From IMG/VR virus record IMGVR_UViG_3300020056_000009: DNA of 64,000 nt. One strand, given 5' to 3'. Shown piece by piece: positions 37,191 to 46,677 of the stretch; position 1 is the stretch's first letter; every line of letters starts with the position of its first letter. A program made the translations under genes and the position numbers. Source of the stretch: an uncultured virus (IMG/VR IMGVR_UViG_3300020056_000009) (Duplodnaviria > Heunggongvirae > Uroviricota > Caudoviricetes). Below the pieces are notes generated by a model. That model was given only the letters and a program-made list of their open reading frames with translations, was not told where the DNA came from and did no database searches.

Positions 37191-37756
37191 TTTCGGTGAC
37201 TGAAATTATTAATTGGTTGCGGACGACATCCGAGATTTATATCGTTCATAACTCGGCTTTTAGACCCAATAATTATTATTTTTCTAATTTACAGTTGGCT
37301 ACTCAATTCTTTAATACTCTAATTTTGTTTATTGGAGTTCACCATTCTTCTGACGAAGACATGATGGGAGATCTTTATCACCCTCGAAATGTTAAGGATT
37401 TCTCTACCCTTCGATTTAGGCAAGATTGGCCTGACGATGCCGTTGATCTCGACGAGATGAATTTAATATTTTATGTTGGTCATCGATGGGCGAGTCCCAA
37501 AAGCACCTCAGAGGATATTTTATATCAGGGAACTCTAATGTCTCCCTACAACGACATCAAAATCAAAGGTCCTGATTATAAAGATTATATTGGCATTTGG
37601 AAAGGCAGAAATTATTTACCTGCTGCTATTGAATCCGATGAAGCCCATAAATTTAATCATCCGGCTTCGCAAGTAGATTTTATTAAAGGATATTGGTTAG
37701 AAACCTTAGGTGGCACCTACGAAATCTCTTTAGGAAAGATTAATATAGATGAATGA
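37187..37756 (+). CDS. hypothetical protein, IINWL N-terminus
   Basis: EIINWLRT; probable start is GTG at 37196 after AGGTGA. Confidence 0.75.
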   Translation: MISVTEIINWLRTTSEIYIVHNSAFRPNNYYFSNLQLATQFFNTLILFIGVHHSSDEDMMGDLYHPRNVKDFSTLRFRQDWPDDAVDLDEMNLIFYVGHRWASPKSTSEDILYQGTLMSPYNDIKIKGPDYKDYIGIWKGRNYLPAAIESDEAHKFNHPASQVDFIKGYWLETLGGTYEISLGKINIDE

Positions 37757-37770
37757 ATTATTTATAATTC

Positions 37771-38277
37771 ATGTCTATCCGCCGACAAGGATATGAGTTC
37801 GAATTTACCGATCTCGGTAATCTGCCTAAGAAAAGATTAGATGTTTTATCAGAACGAGAACAATCAGTCTTAGTGGGTGCTGATATTCAAGATGGTTTCG
37901 GAGTTCTTACCAAATCGTTATATACTGAAGCCGATGAATATATTGTTTTAGATTATATTGGCTCCACCCCCGGCGGATTCCAAGCCGATGAATTAAAAGG
38001 AGCCGATTGGGGTCCTCGTGGTTTCGTTAATGTCGTTATTGATGATACTGGGTATTATCAAACCCTTGATGGACGAGATTATGATGGAATGTCGGGAATT
38101 GCAGCCCCATATCCTATTTCGACGGCTTACCAGCCGGCTTACAAAACTAAAATTCCTATTGAGGTTCCCCCGGGAACTTGGTGGGATATTAGATATGTGG
38201 CCTACAATCGTGTTATCGATGTTCCCACTACTTTTGCAGGAGTTACTTCGGAATGGACACCTACGGATACTATATGA
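37771..38277 (+). CDS. hypothetical (possibly structural) protein
   Basis: promoter-hairpin ATGAATTA-ttta-TAATTCAT overlapping the ATG. Confidence 0.8.
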   Translation: MSIRRQGYEFEFTDLGNLPKKRLDVLSEREQSVLVGADIQDGFGVLTKSLYTEADEYIVLDYIGSTPGGFQADELKGADWGPRGFVNVVIDDTGYYQTLDGRDYDGMSGIAAPYPISTAYQPAYKTKIPIEVPPGTWWDIRYVAYNRVIDVPTTFAGVTSEWTPTDTI

Positions 38278-38300
38278 TACGATAGTATCATATCGTTAGA

Positions 38301-38330
38301 TATAAATAGAAGAATCACTCATGATTCTTC
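38301..38330 (+). promoter_or_regulatory. TATA box plus 9-bp inverted repeat abutting ATG
   Basis: TATAAATA-GAAGAATCA-ctca-TGATTCTTC-ATG(38331). Confidence 0.8.
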
Positions 38331-41300
38331 ATGGGTATTTCTTTTGACCTCACGGTAGAAGAATTGCCGACCGGCATTTTAGACCGAGTTATTGCGGGCG
38401 GATATCATCTCAAAGATCTCTTTTCAGAATGTCGTTGGGATGGAATCTCAGTTACTGCGGATTCTTGGATTATTAACGATCTTCAAGTGGCTAACAACAT
38501 GGTATTCCTGTGTGGGTCTTATGAAGCCACATGGGATTCCTTCAATGCTGACGATACGATAGGCTCAGGATATCAATCTACTTCTATTTCTCAACCTATT
38601 CAACCTTGGAGAGATGGCTTTTTTGCTGCCGTGGCTTTTGATAATTTGGCTAATCCTGAGGGTTGGCATATTGTTCCCTGTCGTAATCTAATTGAACAAA
38701 TCACCTTTAATCCACCCACTAATGCTGATTCTAATGAAACGGGACTTAAATCTATGGTGATTGATCATAGAACTACTACTCTTAATGCTGAAACGGGTTC
38801 GGTATACATTACTGCCGTTGGATATGCAGGAATCGAAAATGCAGATTTATCGGGAAGATTTCTTCCACCACCCAATCAATACACGCCTTATTTAGATTCT
38901 ATTTATTCTAATCAAGATTTTTATCCTTATATTTACACCTTTAAAATTAGTTCTGCACCTTCAGAAGTCGCCAACATGACTGCACAATCTATCGGTAATT
39001 CCGATTTTGATGGCTTATTGGCTATCGACCAATTGGGGAAAGGATTTCACCTTGCCGGTCTAACTGCAGATCCTAATACGGGTCCTAATTCTCTTGATTT
39101 AGCAAATTCTTATGGTCTTTGGGGTGGAATCGCTGTATTTCCTATGGAACAATTTACTTATCGAGGTCATGAAATTGGGATTTTATTTACTCCTGTTACC
39201 AATTATAGTAATACTAACCCATATGGTCGTGCTTTCGGACCTTTCTTTTGTCCTACGGCTTATGAAGGAATGTTTCCCGTAATTAAACCTATGGAATTCT
39301 TGTGGACACACCCCGGCTATCAGGCCAGCCGAGCCAACGATATTAGTCAAGATTTGTTTAATCCCGAAACCGTATCTACGGGTGATGAAGTGCACTCCGA
39401 TGCTCTTTTTTGGCGACGAGGACATATTCCTCGACGACTTCATGATGTCGCTATGGCAACCTCAGTTCCCTCTATCCAAGACCCCAACAACTCGGCTTTT
39501 TCGTTTCAACCCGATACCAAATTGGGAACTTTAGTTTTCGTGGGCGATTGTCTTACTAAATCAACTTGTAGTTCGGCCAATGATCCTGCGACGGAATATG
39601 AACCGTTGTTAGGTTATGCTACTAATGGTTATTCGGATGTCGTTTCGTGGAATCAAGGGGTTATTTACGGATATTCTTCGGATAATATCTCTTTAGAAGA
39701 TGTAGCCACTTATTCCGGAGGCACTAACACTTCTGTGGTCGGTGCTACAATTAAATGGGTAGCCCCTTCTTTTGAAATTCCCGATCCTGCTGGCACAGCC
39801 ATTTATCATATTTTATTAGGCTTAGAGGCTACCAGCCCAGAATCTCGTGCCGAGATTTTAGATTTCCAACCGTGGCTAACCAATCCTTATGTATCTCCTT
39901 CGGCATATGTTAATGATTTCAAGGTTATTGGACCCTATGCTTCTTGGGATGGTATTTGGGAAACCACTACTGGATTGGAACTTCCAGAACAATGGACTAA
40001 CATTCTTGCACAACCACGAGAGTTTACCGACGATGAGGTTGCCAATGGATTATGGCTTCAAAATTATAAACGCTATACCGGAACTACGGGCGTTCCTACG
40101 GGAAGGTCTCAAGTAGCCTTAGGTTTTATTGATCGCACCCGCACGGGACCATATATGTTGGCTTATGACCCCGGGTCAATCGACCAAGATATCAATCCCT
40201 CTTTTAATAATTTTGGACAACCGCAATTGCTACAAGGACAACAAATGTTCAAACGAGGCACTAATGGAGGCACAGGATTTGCTGGACCTCCCGAATTGAC
40301 AACTTGGACTTCTTCAGGAGCCAATTCTAATCAAGTTTATTATCATGTCATTAATTCTGATGGTTGTTATCCCGATGCGGTTCCCGCTGCCGGATTTACT
40401 TGGTCAGGAGTTACCCTTAATGGTTTTGATATTTCGGCTATTTATCCTGGAGCCACATCTCCACCACCTACCTTAACTTATACCACTATTGCTTCTTTAG
40501 TTTCGGATCTTAATGCGGCTCTGTCTTATGTTATTTCCGCCGGTCCACCTTTTAATCAAAACACACCCATAGGAGTTAATGGTCTTAGATTTGCCGCCAC
40601 TTCTGATGGCTTAGGAGTTTACATCAAAGTAGACAATGCTATTTTAGTTGCTAATGGAGGTTCCGACCCCACAAGTTATGGTTCTGGATTACGAGTCAAT
40701 GAACCTACCTTTTTAGGTTCTCCTACTAATTATCCCTATCAGGCTGGAGGTGGAATTGATTATCCTTTTATCGGAGCCCAAGCCGTTGATGTAGATCCAC
40801 TTACCGTTACCAATGCGGTAGGCTCTTTCTTAGAAGTTGGAGAACAATTTAATGATGCTATTGGAGATTCATCTACTACTCGTCGCCCTATTAGCGGTGA
40901 TTATGATACTGACCGTGACCAATGGATTTTTACTTTTGCCGATACTCAATTTTCTGTGGTCGCCGCCACTACGGATTATTCTGAGATTTTAGACCAAACT
41001 GATAACTTTGTTCGCAATACTTCCGGGCCGATTGCGGCTGCCATGCTGTTTGCCAACCGTCAAGAAACCTTTTTCTTGGACGGCGTGGCGGTGGCAGGAT
41101 CTTATTATGGACCTGATGGTGACCCCACGGGAGTTGCCAACGATAATGAATATGTCGTCACAGGAACTACGGGTCGTAATGTCAAGGTATTCCTTAATTA
41201 TGTCTTATATGATGAATTAGACGCTCTTATTGCCGTTGAAGTAGCCAATTTGGGACTTCGAGTAACCCCCGAAAATGTCTTATGGTATAAAACTACGATT

Positions 41301-41600
41301 TTGAACCAAAATGCCGACCACGAAGTAACTTTGGAAGAAATCCAATCTTGGATGGCTCTTCAAAGAGCCCAATATGAAGAAATGCAACGCAATAAGAAAC
41401 CCGTCAATTATGACGACGGTGGCAAAGCCACCGTCAAAGACTTTATTCTTGATGAATCTACGATTCAAGATCTTCTTCCAGAATTAACTCGATTACCTCC
41501 CAATCCTGATTCCGATGATTCTGATGCCGATTTCTTAGGCAACGATCTTTCGGGATACATTAAAGACGAAGAAGAATCCCGTCGAGAAACTGATAATTAA
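38331..41600 (+). CDS. large 1089-aa protein, G/T/S/N/P-rich, possibly structural
   Basis: long ORF with beta-type composition and an acidic helical C-terminus; no motif recognised. Confidence 0.85.
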   Translation: MGISFDLTVEELPTGILDRVIAGGYHLKDLFSECRWDGISVTADSWIINDLQVANNMVFLCGSYEATWDSFNADDTIGSGYQSTSISQPIQPWRDGFFAAVAFDNLANPEGWHIVPCRNLIEQITFNPPTNADSNETGLKSMVIDHRTTTLNAETGSVYITAVGYAGIENADLSGRFLPPPNQYTPYLDSIYSNQDFYPYIYTFKISSAPSEVANMTAQSIGNSDFDGLLAIDQLGKGFHLAGLTADPNTGPNSLDLANSYGLWGGIAVFPMEQFTYRGHEIGILFTPVTNYSNTNPYGRAFGPFFCPTAYEGMFPVIKPMEFLWTHPGYQASRANDISQDLFNPETVSTGDEVHSDALFWRRGHIPRRLHDVAMATSVPSIQDPNNSAFSFQPDTKLGTLVFVGDCLTKSTCSSANDPATEYEPLLGYATNGYSDVVSWNQGVIYGYSSDNISLEDVATYSGGTNTSVVGATIKWVAPSFEIPDPAGTAIYHILLGLEATSPESRAEILDFQPWLTNPYVSPSAYVNDFKVIGPYASWDGIWETTTGLELPEQWTNILAQPREFTDDEVANGLWLQNYKRYTGTTGVPTGRSQVALGFIDRTRTGPYMLAYDPGSIDQDINPSFNNFGQPQLLQGQQMFKRGTNGGTGFAGPPELTTWTSSGANSNQVYYHVINSDGCYPDAVPAAGFTWSGVTLNGFDISAIYPGATSPPPTLTYTTIASLVSDLNAALSYVISAGPPFNQNTPIGVNGLRFAATSDGLGVYIKVDNAILVANGGSDPTSYGSGLRVNEPTFLGSPTNYPYQAGGGIDYPFIGAQAVDVDPLTVTNAVGSFLEVGEQFNDAIGDSSTTRRPISGDYDTDRDQWIFTFADTQFSVVAATTDYSEILDQTDNFVRNTSGPIAAAMLFANRQETFFLDGVAVAGSYYGPDGDPTGVANDNEYVVTGTTGRNVKVFLNYVLYDELDALIAVEVANLGLRVTPENVLWYKTTILNQNADHEVTLEEIQSWMALQRAQYEEMQRNKKPVNYDDGGKATVKDFILDESTIQDLLPELTRLPPNPDSDDSDADFLGNDLSGYIKDEEESRRETDN

Positions 41601-41726
41601 TATTTATTTATTGCAAATATACGGAAATTTATTTCCCGATTACGAAATAAATGTGATGCATAAACCCTATAACTATTTATAGTCGAAAATCTAATTCTTA
41701 TTTGGATTTTTCCAGAAGGGAAAATT

Positions 41727-42146
41727 ATGCGGTTTAGAAAAGAATTTGAAATGCCCATGAATAAATCTTCGACTGTTATTGCTACCATCGAAATCATGGA
41801 ATCAAATTGTTTAGAACAAATTATCGTGCACCCCATCCCCGGATTTTCCGCCAATGATTATGCCACTATTTCTATCACTCATGGATCTCAAGAATTATAT
41901 CGTGGAGAATTAGTATCAGATGGCATGGTAATTGATTTAGAACAATGTTTATTAGGTGGTTCCGACACCCCCGAAATTACCGTTTCCGTAGAATGCAGTT
42001 CCTTATGGGCAGCCCTGACCGGAGATTCCAGCGATACCGATCAAGAAACTTATTGGTGCAAAATGTCTATGGTCTTCCTTGATAACCATGTCAATTACGA
42101 GGAAATCGAAGAATTCGATTCCGGATTCCAATCCCAATGGGCATAG
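41727..42146 (+). CDS. hypothetical beta-rich protein
   Basis: 139-aa ORF filling the gap; start uncertain. Confidence 0.7.
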   Translation: MRFRKEFEMPMNKSSTVIATIEIMESNCLEQIIVHPIPGFSANDYATISITHGSQELYRGELVSDGMVIDLEQCLLGGSDTPEITVSVECSSLWAALTGDSSDTDQETYWCKMSMVFLDNHVNYEEIEEFDSGFQSQWA

Positions 42147-42177
42147 ATATAAATAGAAGAATCACCTATGGTTCGCC

Positions 42178-43173
42178 ATGAAGTTGCTTTTGTTCACCGG
42201 CAAAGGCGGTGTAGGCAAGTCTACCAGTTCGGCTGCCACCGCACTTTATTATTCTCGATTGGGCCTAAAAACCCTTTTGGTATCTTCCGACCCAGCCCAT
42301 AGCACCGATGATACTGTCGGCACTAAAATTGGAGATACTCCCCGAGAGATTAGTCCTAATTTATGGGCTATGAATATCAATGCTTCGGTAGTCACTCACG
42401 CTCGACAACAAGAGATGCATTCGGCCTTTGTCAAAACTTTTGGCAAGTTTATTCCTTCGCTTTCGGATGATGATTCCGGAATGTCAAAAGTCTTTTCTAT
42501 TAACAATGCTATTCCCGGAATTGACGAATGGGGTGCTGCCGAAGTTATGTCCCAACAATTTCAATCAGGACACTACGATCTTGTCGTTTTTGATACGGCT
42601 CCTACGGGACACACTCTCAAGGCTTTAGCAGCCCCCGCCCATGTCAAACAATTTATTTTACAACTCCGCCGACTCAAATCTAAAGTATTAGGAAAACTAA
42701 TGTTGTTTAAAAACCGAAATGAAATTGATGAATTAGAATTGGTTTTAGGAAAGTTTTGCGATGAAATCGATGAACTACGAACTAATCTATCGGACCCCAC
42801 GAAATCTAAAGTAGTTTTGGTAAGCATTCCTACGGAAGCCGGATTCATGGAGTTTTTCCGAACCGTTAAATATCTGCAATCCCTTAATCTAAATCCACAC
42901 ACTTTGGTATTAAATCATTTAGTTCCTGACATGGGATCTGAAGTTTGGGCTACGGCGAAAGATAATCCTGCTGTGACTATGGTTTATCATGAATATCGTA
43001 ATCAACAACCGTGGATTCAAAAATACCAAAAGGTTTGTGCTGATAATAACATTCGTTTAGTAGGTTCTGTTAGACTACCTTATGAGCCCAAAGGAGTTAC
43101 GACCGACTCTCATTTAGGTGATTTTGCGGAACTAATTTGTGGACCTGATAAAGTATCACCTCCGGAGGAATAA
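42178..43173 (+). CDS. Get3/TRC40/ArsA-family ATPase (single domain)
   Basis: GKGGVGKST, SSDPAHS, PGIDE, FDTAPTGHTL, helical insert after switch II. Confidence 0.93.
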   Translation: MKLLLFTGKGGVGKSTSSAATALYYSRLGLKTLLVSSDPAHSTDDTVGTKIGDTPREISPNLWAMNINASVVTHARQQEMHSAFVKTFGKFIPSLSDDDSGMSKVFSINNAIPGIDEWGAAEVMSQQFQSGHYDLVVFDTAPTGHTLKALAAPAHVKQFILQLRRLKSKVLGKLMLFKNRNEIDELELVLGKFCDEIDELRTNLSDPTKSKVVLVSIPTEAGFMEFFRTVKYLQSLNLNPHTLVLNHLVPDMGSEVWATAKDNPAVTMVYHEYRNQQPWIQKYQKVCADNNIRLVGSVRLPYEPKGVTTDSHLGDFAELICGPDKVSPPEE

Positions 43174-43175
43174 TA

Positions 43176-43481
43176 ATGGATTTAGAAATAATTGTATGGA
43201 TTTTAGTAGCCACGGTATTAGCACAGGGCGGATTATCTCTGTGGTTTGTTAATTGGGTTCTTTGGCGAAATAAATCTCTGACGGATTTAATTGTATGGAA
43301 ACAAGTTAATGGGGAAAAGTTAGATATTTTAGCCTCTCGTTTTAGAATTTCCACGCCTAAACCTCTTTGCGATTGGTGTGATACCGTTGGTCATAAAAAA
43401 GAAGACTGCCCCTCTAATCCCGATAATTATCATATCAATCAAGTAGAAGTCAAACCCATTACTCTTACCTTAGAGGATTAA
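43176..43481 (+). CDS. membrane-anchored CCHC Zn-knuckle protein
   Basis: N-terminal TM; CDWCDTVGHKKEDC; GGAGG SD. Confidence 0.75.
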   Translation: MDLEIIVWILVATVLAQGGLSLWFVNWVLWRNKSLTDLIVWKQVNGEKLDILASRFRISTPKPLCDWCDTVGHKKEDCPSNPDNYHINQVEVKPITLTLED

Positions 43482-43518
43482 GCAAAAATATATATAGTCG
43501 ATTGACGAATCAATCGTC

Positions 43519-44016
43519 ATGGGATTCTACGAATACAACTCATTTGGTAAGTTCCAAGCCGAAGCCGATTATAGTGATGCTCTTCCTGCTAACGCAGAAT
43601 TGATTGCTGGTTACGAAAGGGCTTTAGGAGAACAACACGAAATTTTTACCGATTTTGATGTTTCCGCTGGCAAAACCGCTAAGTTGGCAGTTTACAAAAA
43701 CGGCGACAAGTTCGATTTGATTGCTCTTGAAGGCACGGGTGCTTCCGATTATAAACTCCTTAAGCACTATGGAGAATTTGAGACACAAGATGCGGCTACG
43801 GCAGAGTTCGATACTTTGGTAGGCGAATGTTCCGATCCCAATGCTACTTACAACCAATCTACTAACAAGTGTGATTGTAACGAAGGATACCTTCTTAACT
43901 CTGATACCGGACTCTGTGAAGCCGAAGATGAAGGATTCCTCAAGGAAAACGCTATGGCTATCGGTATTGGGGCTGTGGCTTTAGCCCTTATGGGAATTGT
44001 TCTCAGCCGACGGTGA
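43519..44016 (+). CDS. tail-anchored protein with EGF-like Cys module
   Basis: FQAE; CSDPNA..CDCNEGY..C; ends AIGIGAVALALMGIVLSRR. Confidence 0.85.
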   Translation: MGFYEYNSFGKFQAEADYSDALPANAELIAGYERALGEQHEIFTDFDVSAGKTAKLAVYKNGDKFDLIALEGTGASDYKLLKHYGEFETQDAATAEFDTLVGECSDPNATYNQSTNKCDCNEGYLLNSDTGLCEAEDEGFLKENAMAIGIGAVALALMGIVLSRR

Positions 44017-44020
44017 TTAG

Positions 44021-44428
44021 TTGATTTGGACCGCAGTTTTAATTGGTGCTGCACCTATGGCAATTATGTTGCTTACTACTGATAAATTATTAAAGAATCA
44101 ACGACCTGTCGTTTATTACGGTGGACTTATTGGAGCCGGATTATTGGCTTGGCAAATTACCGAATGGTTAGACCGTCGATACCGACTTTCTCGACCCGAT
44201 CTTTTTGGTGCTGAATATATGATGGGTTTCGATAATGGTGATTTCGAAATGTGGCATTGGGCAGATGTCCCCGAAGATATTATCAAGCAAGGAAAAAATG
44301 CTATTGCTGAGTATATTTGGATGGAAGGCGAACTCTGTGATGGTGAAGAATGGGATGGGATGGAAGAAGACTTGGAAGATTCTGGCGATGATTGGCAACC
44401 TCTTTTAGATACGCTCCAAAAAGTATAA
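44021..44428 (+). CDS. membrane protein with acidic C-terminal module
   Basis: two TM segments, then LFGAE, then an acidic domain. Confidence 0.75.
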   Translation: MIWTAVLIGAAPMAIMLLTTDKLLKNQRPVVYYGGLIGAGLLAWQITEWLDRRYRLSRPDLFGAEYMMGFDNGDFEMWHWADVPEDIIKQGKNAIAEYIWMEGELCDGEEWDGMEEDLEDSGDDWQPLLDTLQKV

Positions 44429-44454
44429 ATAAGAGATAACCCTCAGTTATCTCT
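44424..44454 (+). promoter_or_regulatory. TATA box plus 9-bp inverted repeat abutting ATG
   Basis: TATAAATA-AGAGATAAC-cctca-GTTATCTCT-ATG(44455). Confidence 0.8.
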
Positions 44455-44829
44455 ATGAACTTTGATTGGGACGATGTTTCTATCTCTAATCCCCAAGTAA
44501 TCATGGCTCTCAATCAATTAAACCAAAAGTTTGGATTGGGCAAAGTTTGGTATAGAACTTCTTCATCTGGCACCGGACTTCATGTCATGATTGCCGATTT
44601 ATATCCTGTAAACAAAAATCCCTATCATTTAGAATTGCGACCCTTTGATTTTGCTGATGATTTGGTATTCCAATGGCGACAGTATTTAGCCGCCGAACCT
44701 TTTGATTTGGAGTGTTCGGGAAGACTTACGGCTGACCGAGAACGAGCGGCTCACGGTTTCCGAATTGGTCGGATCTTTTCTAATAAAAATGGCTCGAATT
44801 CGGGACCTTGGGAGTGTTATTATGGATGA
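44455..44829 (+). CDS. small AEP/primase-polymerase-like protein (tentative)
   Basis: N-terminal FDWDD and RTSSSGTGLHV (SGxGxH). Confidence 0.5.
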   Translation: MNFDWDDVSISNPQVIMALNQLNQKFGLGKVWYRTSSSGTGLHVMIADLYPVNKNPYHLELRPFDFADDLVFQWRQYLAAEPFDLECSGRLTADRERAAHGFRIGRIFSNKNGSNSGPWECYYG

Positions 44830-44974
44830 ATTATCTCGGGCTACGGCTTTAATGATTTCTCACCTTATGATTTCTAACAATTTCTTTATTGAGGGTAAAC
44901 CCACCGAAGACCCCCACGAAGTAGTTGCTGCCATGCATCAAAGTAAAAAAATTATGTCAGTTCCAAAAAAATAA
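44822..44974 (+). CDS. 50-aa hypothetical protein
   Basis: GGGAGTG SD; overlaps the upstream stop. Confidence 0.5.
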   Translation: MDELSRATALMISHLMISNNFFIEGKPTEDPHEVVAAMHQSKKIMSVPKK

Positions 44975-45026
44975 TCGTTATTTTATAACGATAGATATAA
45001 ATAGGAATGAATGAGAATCATTCATT

Positions 45027-45419
45027 ATGACCGAACTAAGATATTGGGACAGGGTAGGCTTTATGGTTACCCGAGAGCAAGCCGAAGATATTGCTGGACG
45101 CATGAATGGTGCTACCGGAAAGACTCTTGATGATGATATTGAAGAGTTCGTAGAAAACCGAGTCGATCTTTCAGAAGTTCTTATTGAAATCAAAACTCTT
45201 TTCGACAATCCCCCGGCTTCTGACCAACAACTTAGTGACGATAACTTGGCTATTTTGGCTCTCATGGATTTTGAAAACAACAAGAAATCGTTTATCAAAG
45301 CCAAAAAGGAAGAAGGCATGGAATTGGCTGAAGCCAAAGAAGCCTATGAGTTTGAAAAGGCTCGCTTAGTGCGAGAATCTTTGGGACTCCCCGAACCCGA
45401 GGATCTTGAAGAGGAGTGA
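45027..45419 (+). CDS. hypothetical acidic helical protein
   Basis: promoter-hairpin AATGAATGA-gaa-TCATTCATT-ATG. Confidence 0.8.
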   Translation: MTELRYWDRVGFMVTREQAEDIAGRMNGATGKTLDDDIEEFVENRVDLSEVLIEIKTLFDNPPASDQQLSDDNLAILALMDFENNKKSFIKAKKEEGMELAEAKEAYEFEKARLVRESLGLPEPEDLEEE

Positions 45420-45862
45420 TTCCTTTGGGATCCTCTAAACCATTACCACTAACGGAATCGTTAGTCTTTGATATTGTAGAATATTTGTTAGACAACGACG
45501 GTTATGGCTTTAGCACTCAAATCTCGGAAACTATGGTGGCTAACAAACCTCGAAGATATACCAGCCGTGAAGTTATTGGTGTTCTTCGCAACCGACCTAT
45601 GTTTAAACACGCTCAATCTAAAGATCGTCGAGGAGGCATTCGTTGGCGATTAGACCTTCTTTCTTTAGTCAAATATTTTGAAAATAAAAATTATGTTGAG
45701 CGAGCCGAAGATAGATCTATCTATGACCGAGTTCGAGAATTAAAATGGAAACAATTAATTCGCACCGTGGCGGCTATGGAATCTCTCCTTCCCGAAATTG
45801 AAAACCCTCGTCCCGAAACTATTGACGAATGTTATGAGATTTTGGCAAATCTATGGTCGTGA
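45416..45862 (+). CDS. putative winged-helix protein
   Basis: STQISE..YTSREVIGVLRNRPMF..RWRL. Confidence 0.65.
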   Translation: MIPLGSSKPLPLTESLVFDIVEYLLDNDGYGFSTQISETMVANKPRRYTSREVIGVLRNRPMFKHAQSKDRRGGIRWRLDLLSLVKYFENKNYVERAEDRSIYDRVRELKWKQLIRTVAAMESLLPEIENPRPETIDECYEILANLWS

Positions 45863-45866
45863 TTGG

Positions 45867-46646
45867 ATGACTCTTCCTTTGGCCTATTACCAACATTCCG
45901 ATGGTTCCGGAAATTTTGGCGATGAAATATCTCGCTATATTGTTTCTCAAGTATCGGGTCAAGAAGTGGTTTTGGCCCAACCCGATGAACCCAAACTATT
46001 TGCCGTAGGCAGTTTACTGCATATGAAAGAATTATCATCTTCAGATCATATTTGGGGCACGGGTATGATGGCTTATGTGCTTCGTTGTAGTCATCTGCCC
46101 CACATTCATGCCGTTAGAGGTCCCCTAACCCGACAATTCTTAATGGGTTGTGGACAACAAGTTCCCGAAGTTTATGGTGACCCGGCCCTCTTATTGCCCC
46201 GATATTATCAACCCGAATTAATTCCCGAACTAAAAAATAAAATTGTAGTAGTTCCTCATTGGTCACAATGGGGTGAAATGAATCACCTTGCGGAAGAATT
46301 AGAAATTTTTTATGGTGCTGTGGTAATCAACCCTACGGATGATTGGCAAACCGTAGTAAATCAAATTGCTTCTGCTAAGGCCGTGGTCTCCACCTCACTT
46401 CATGGTCTTATTATTGCTGATGCTTATGACATTCCAAATATATGGTTGAATTCCGGAGACTTAGTAGGCCACCAATCTACTCTCAAGTTTCAAGATTATC
46501 TTTTGTCTCAAAATCGAGCCATAACCAGTATTTCATCCGTAGAAGAAATCGAATCTGCAGATTATTACTCTGAGGGAAATCAAATTGATTTAGATCTTTT
46601 AGTTGAGGCGTTTCCTTCGGACCTATCCGAATACCTTATCCGATAG
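45867..46646 (+). CDS. polysaccharide pyruvyl transferase family protein
   Basis: GNFGD, WGTG, AVRGPLT, GDPALLLP, STSLHGLIIADAYDIP. Confidence 0.9.
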   Translation: MTLPLAYYQHSDGSGNFGDEISRYIVSQVSGQEVVLAQPDEPKLFAVGSLLHMKELSSSDHIWGTGMMAYVLRCSHLPHIHAVRGPLTRQFLMGCGQQVPEVYGDPALLLPRYYQPELIPELKNKIVVVPHWSQWGEMNHLAEELEIFYGAVVINPTDDWQTVVNQIASAKAVVSTSLHGLIIADAYDIPNIWLNSGDLVGHQSTLKFQDYLLSQNRAITSISSVEEIESADYYSEGNQIDLDLLVEAFPSDLSEYLIR

Positions 46647-46677
46647 ATATAAATAGTTGAAGCGATTAAAAAAGGGT

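Noticed and set aside
38331..41600. Major capsid, tail sheath or tape-measure assignment
   Set aside because: No recognisable motif; cannot be supported without structure prediction
42178..43173. Arsenic-resistance ArsA
   Set aside because: Single domain, no arsB/acr3/arsR/arsD neighbours, and a membrane-protein context; Get3-like is preferred though unproven
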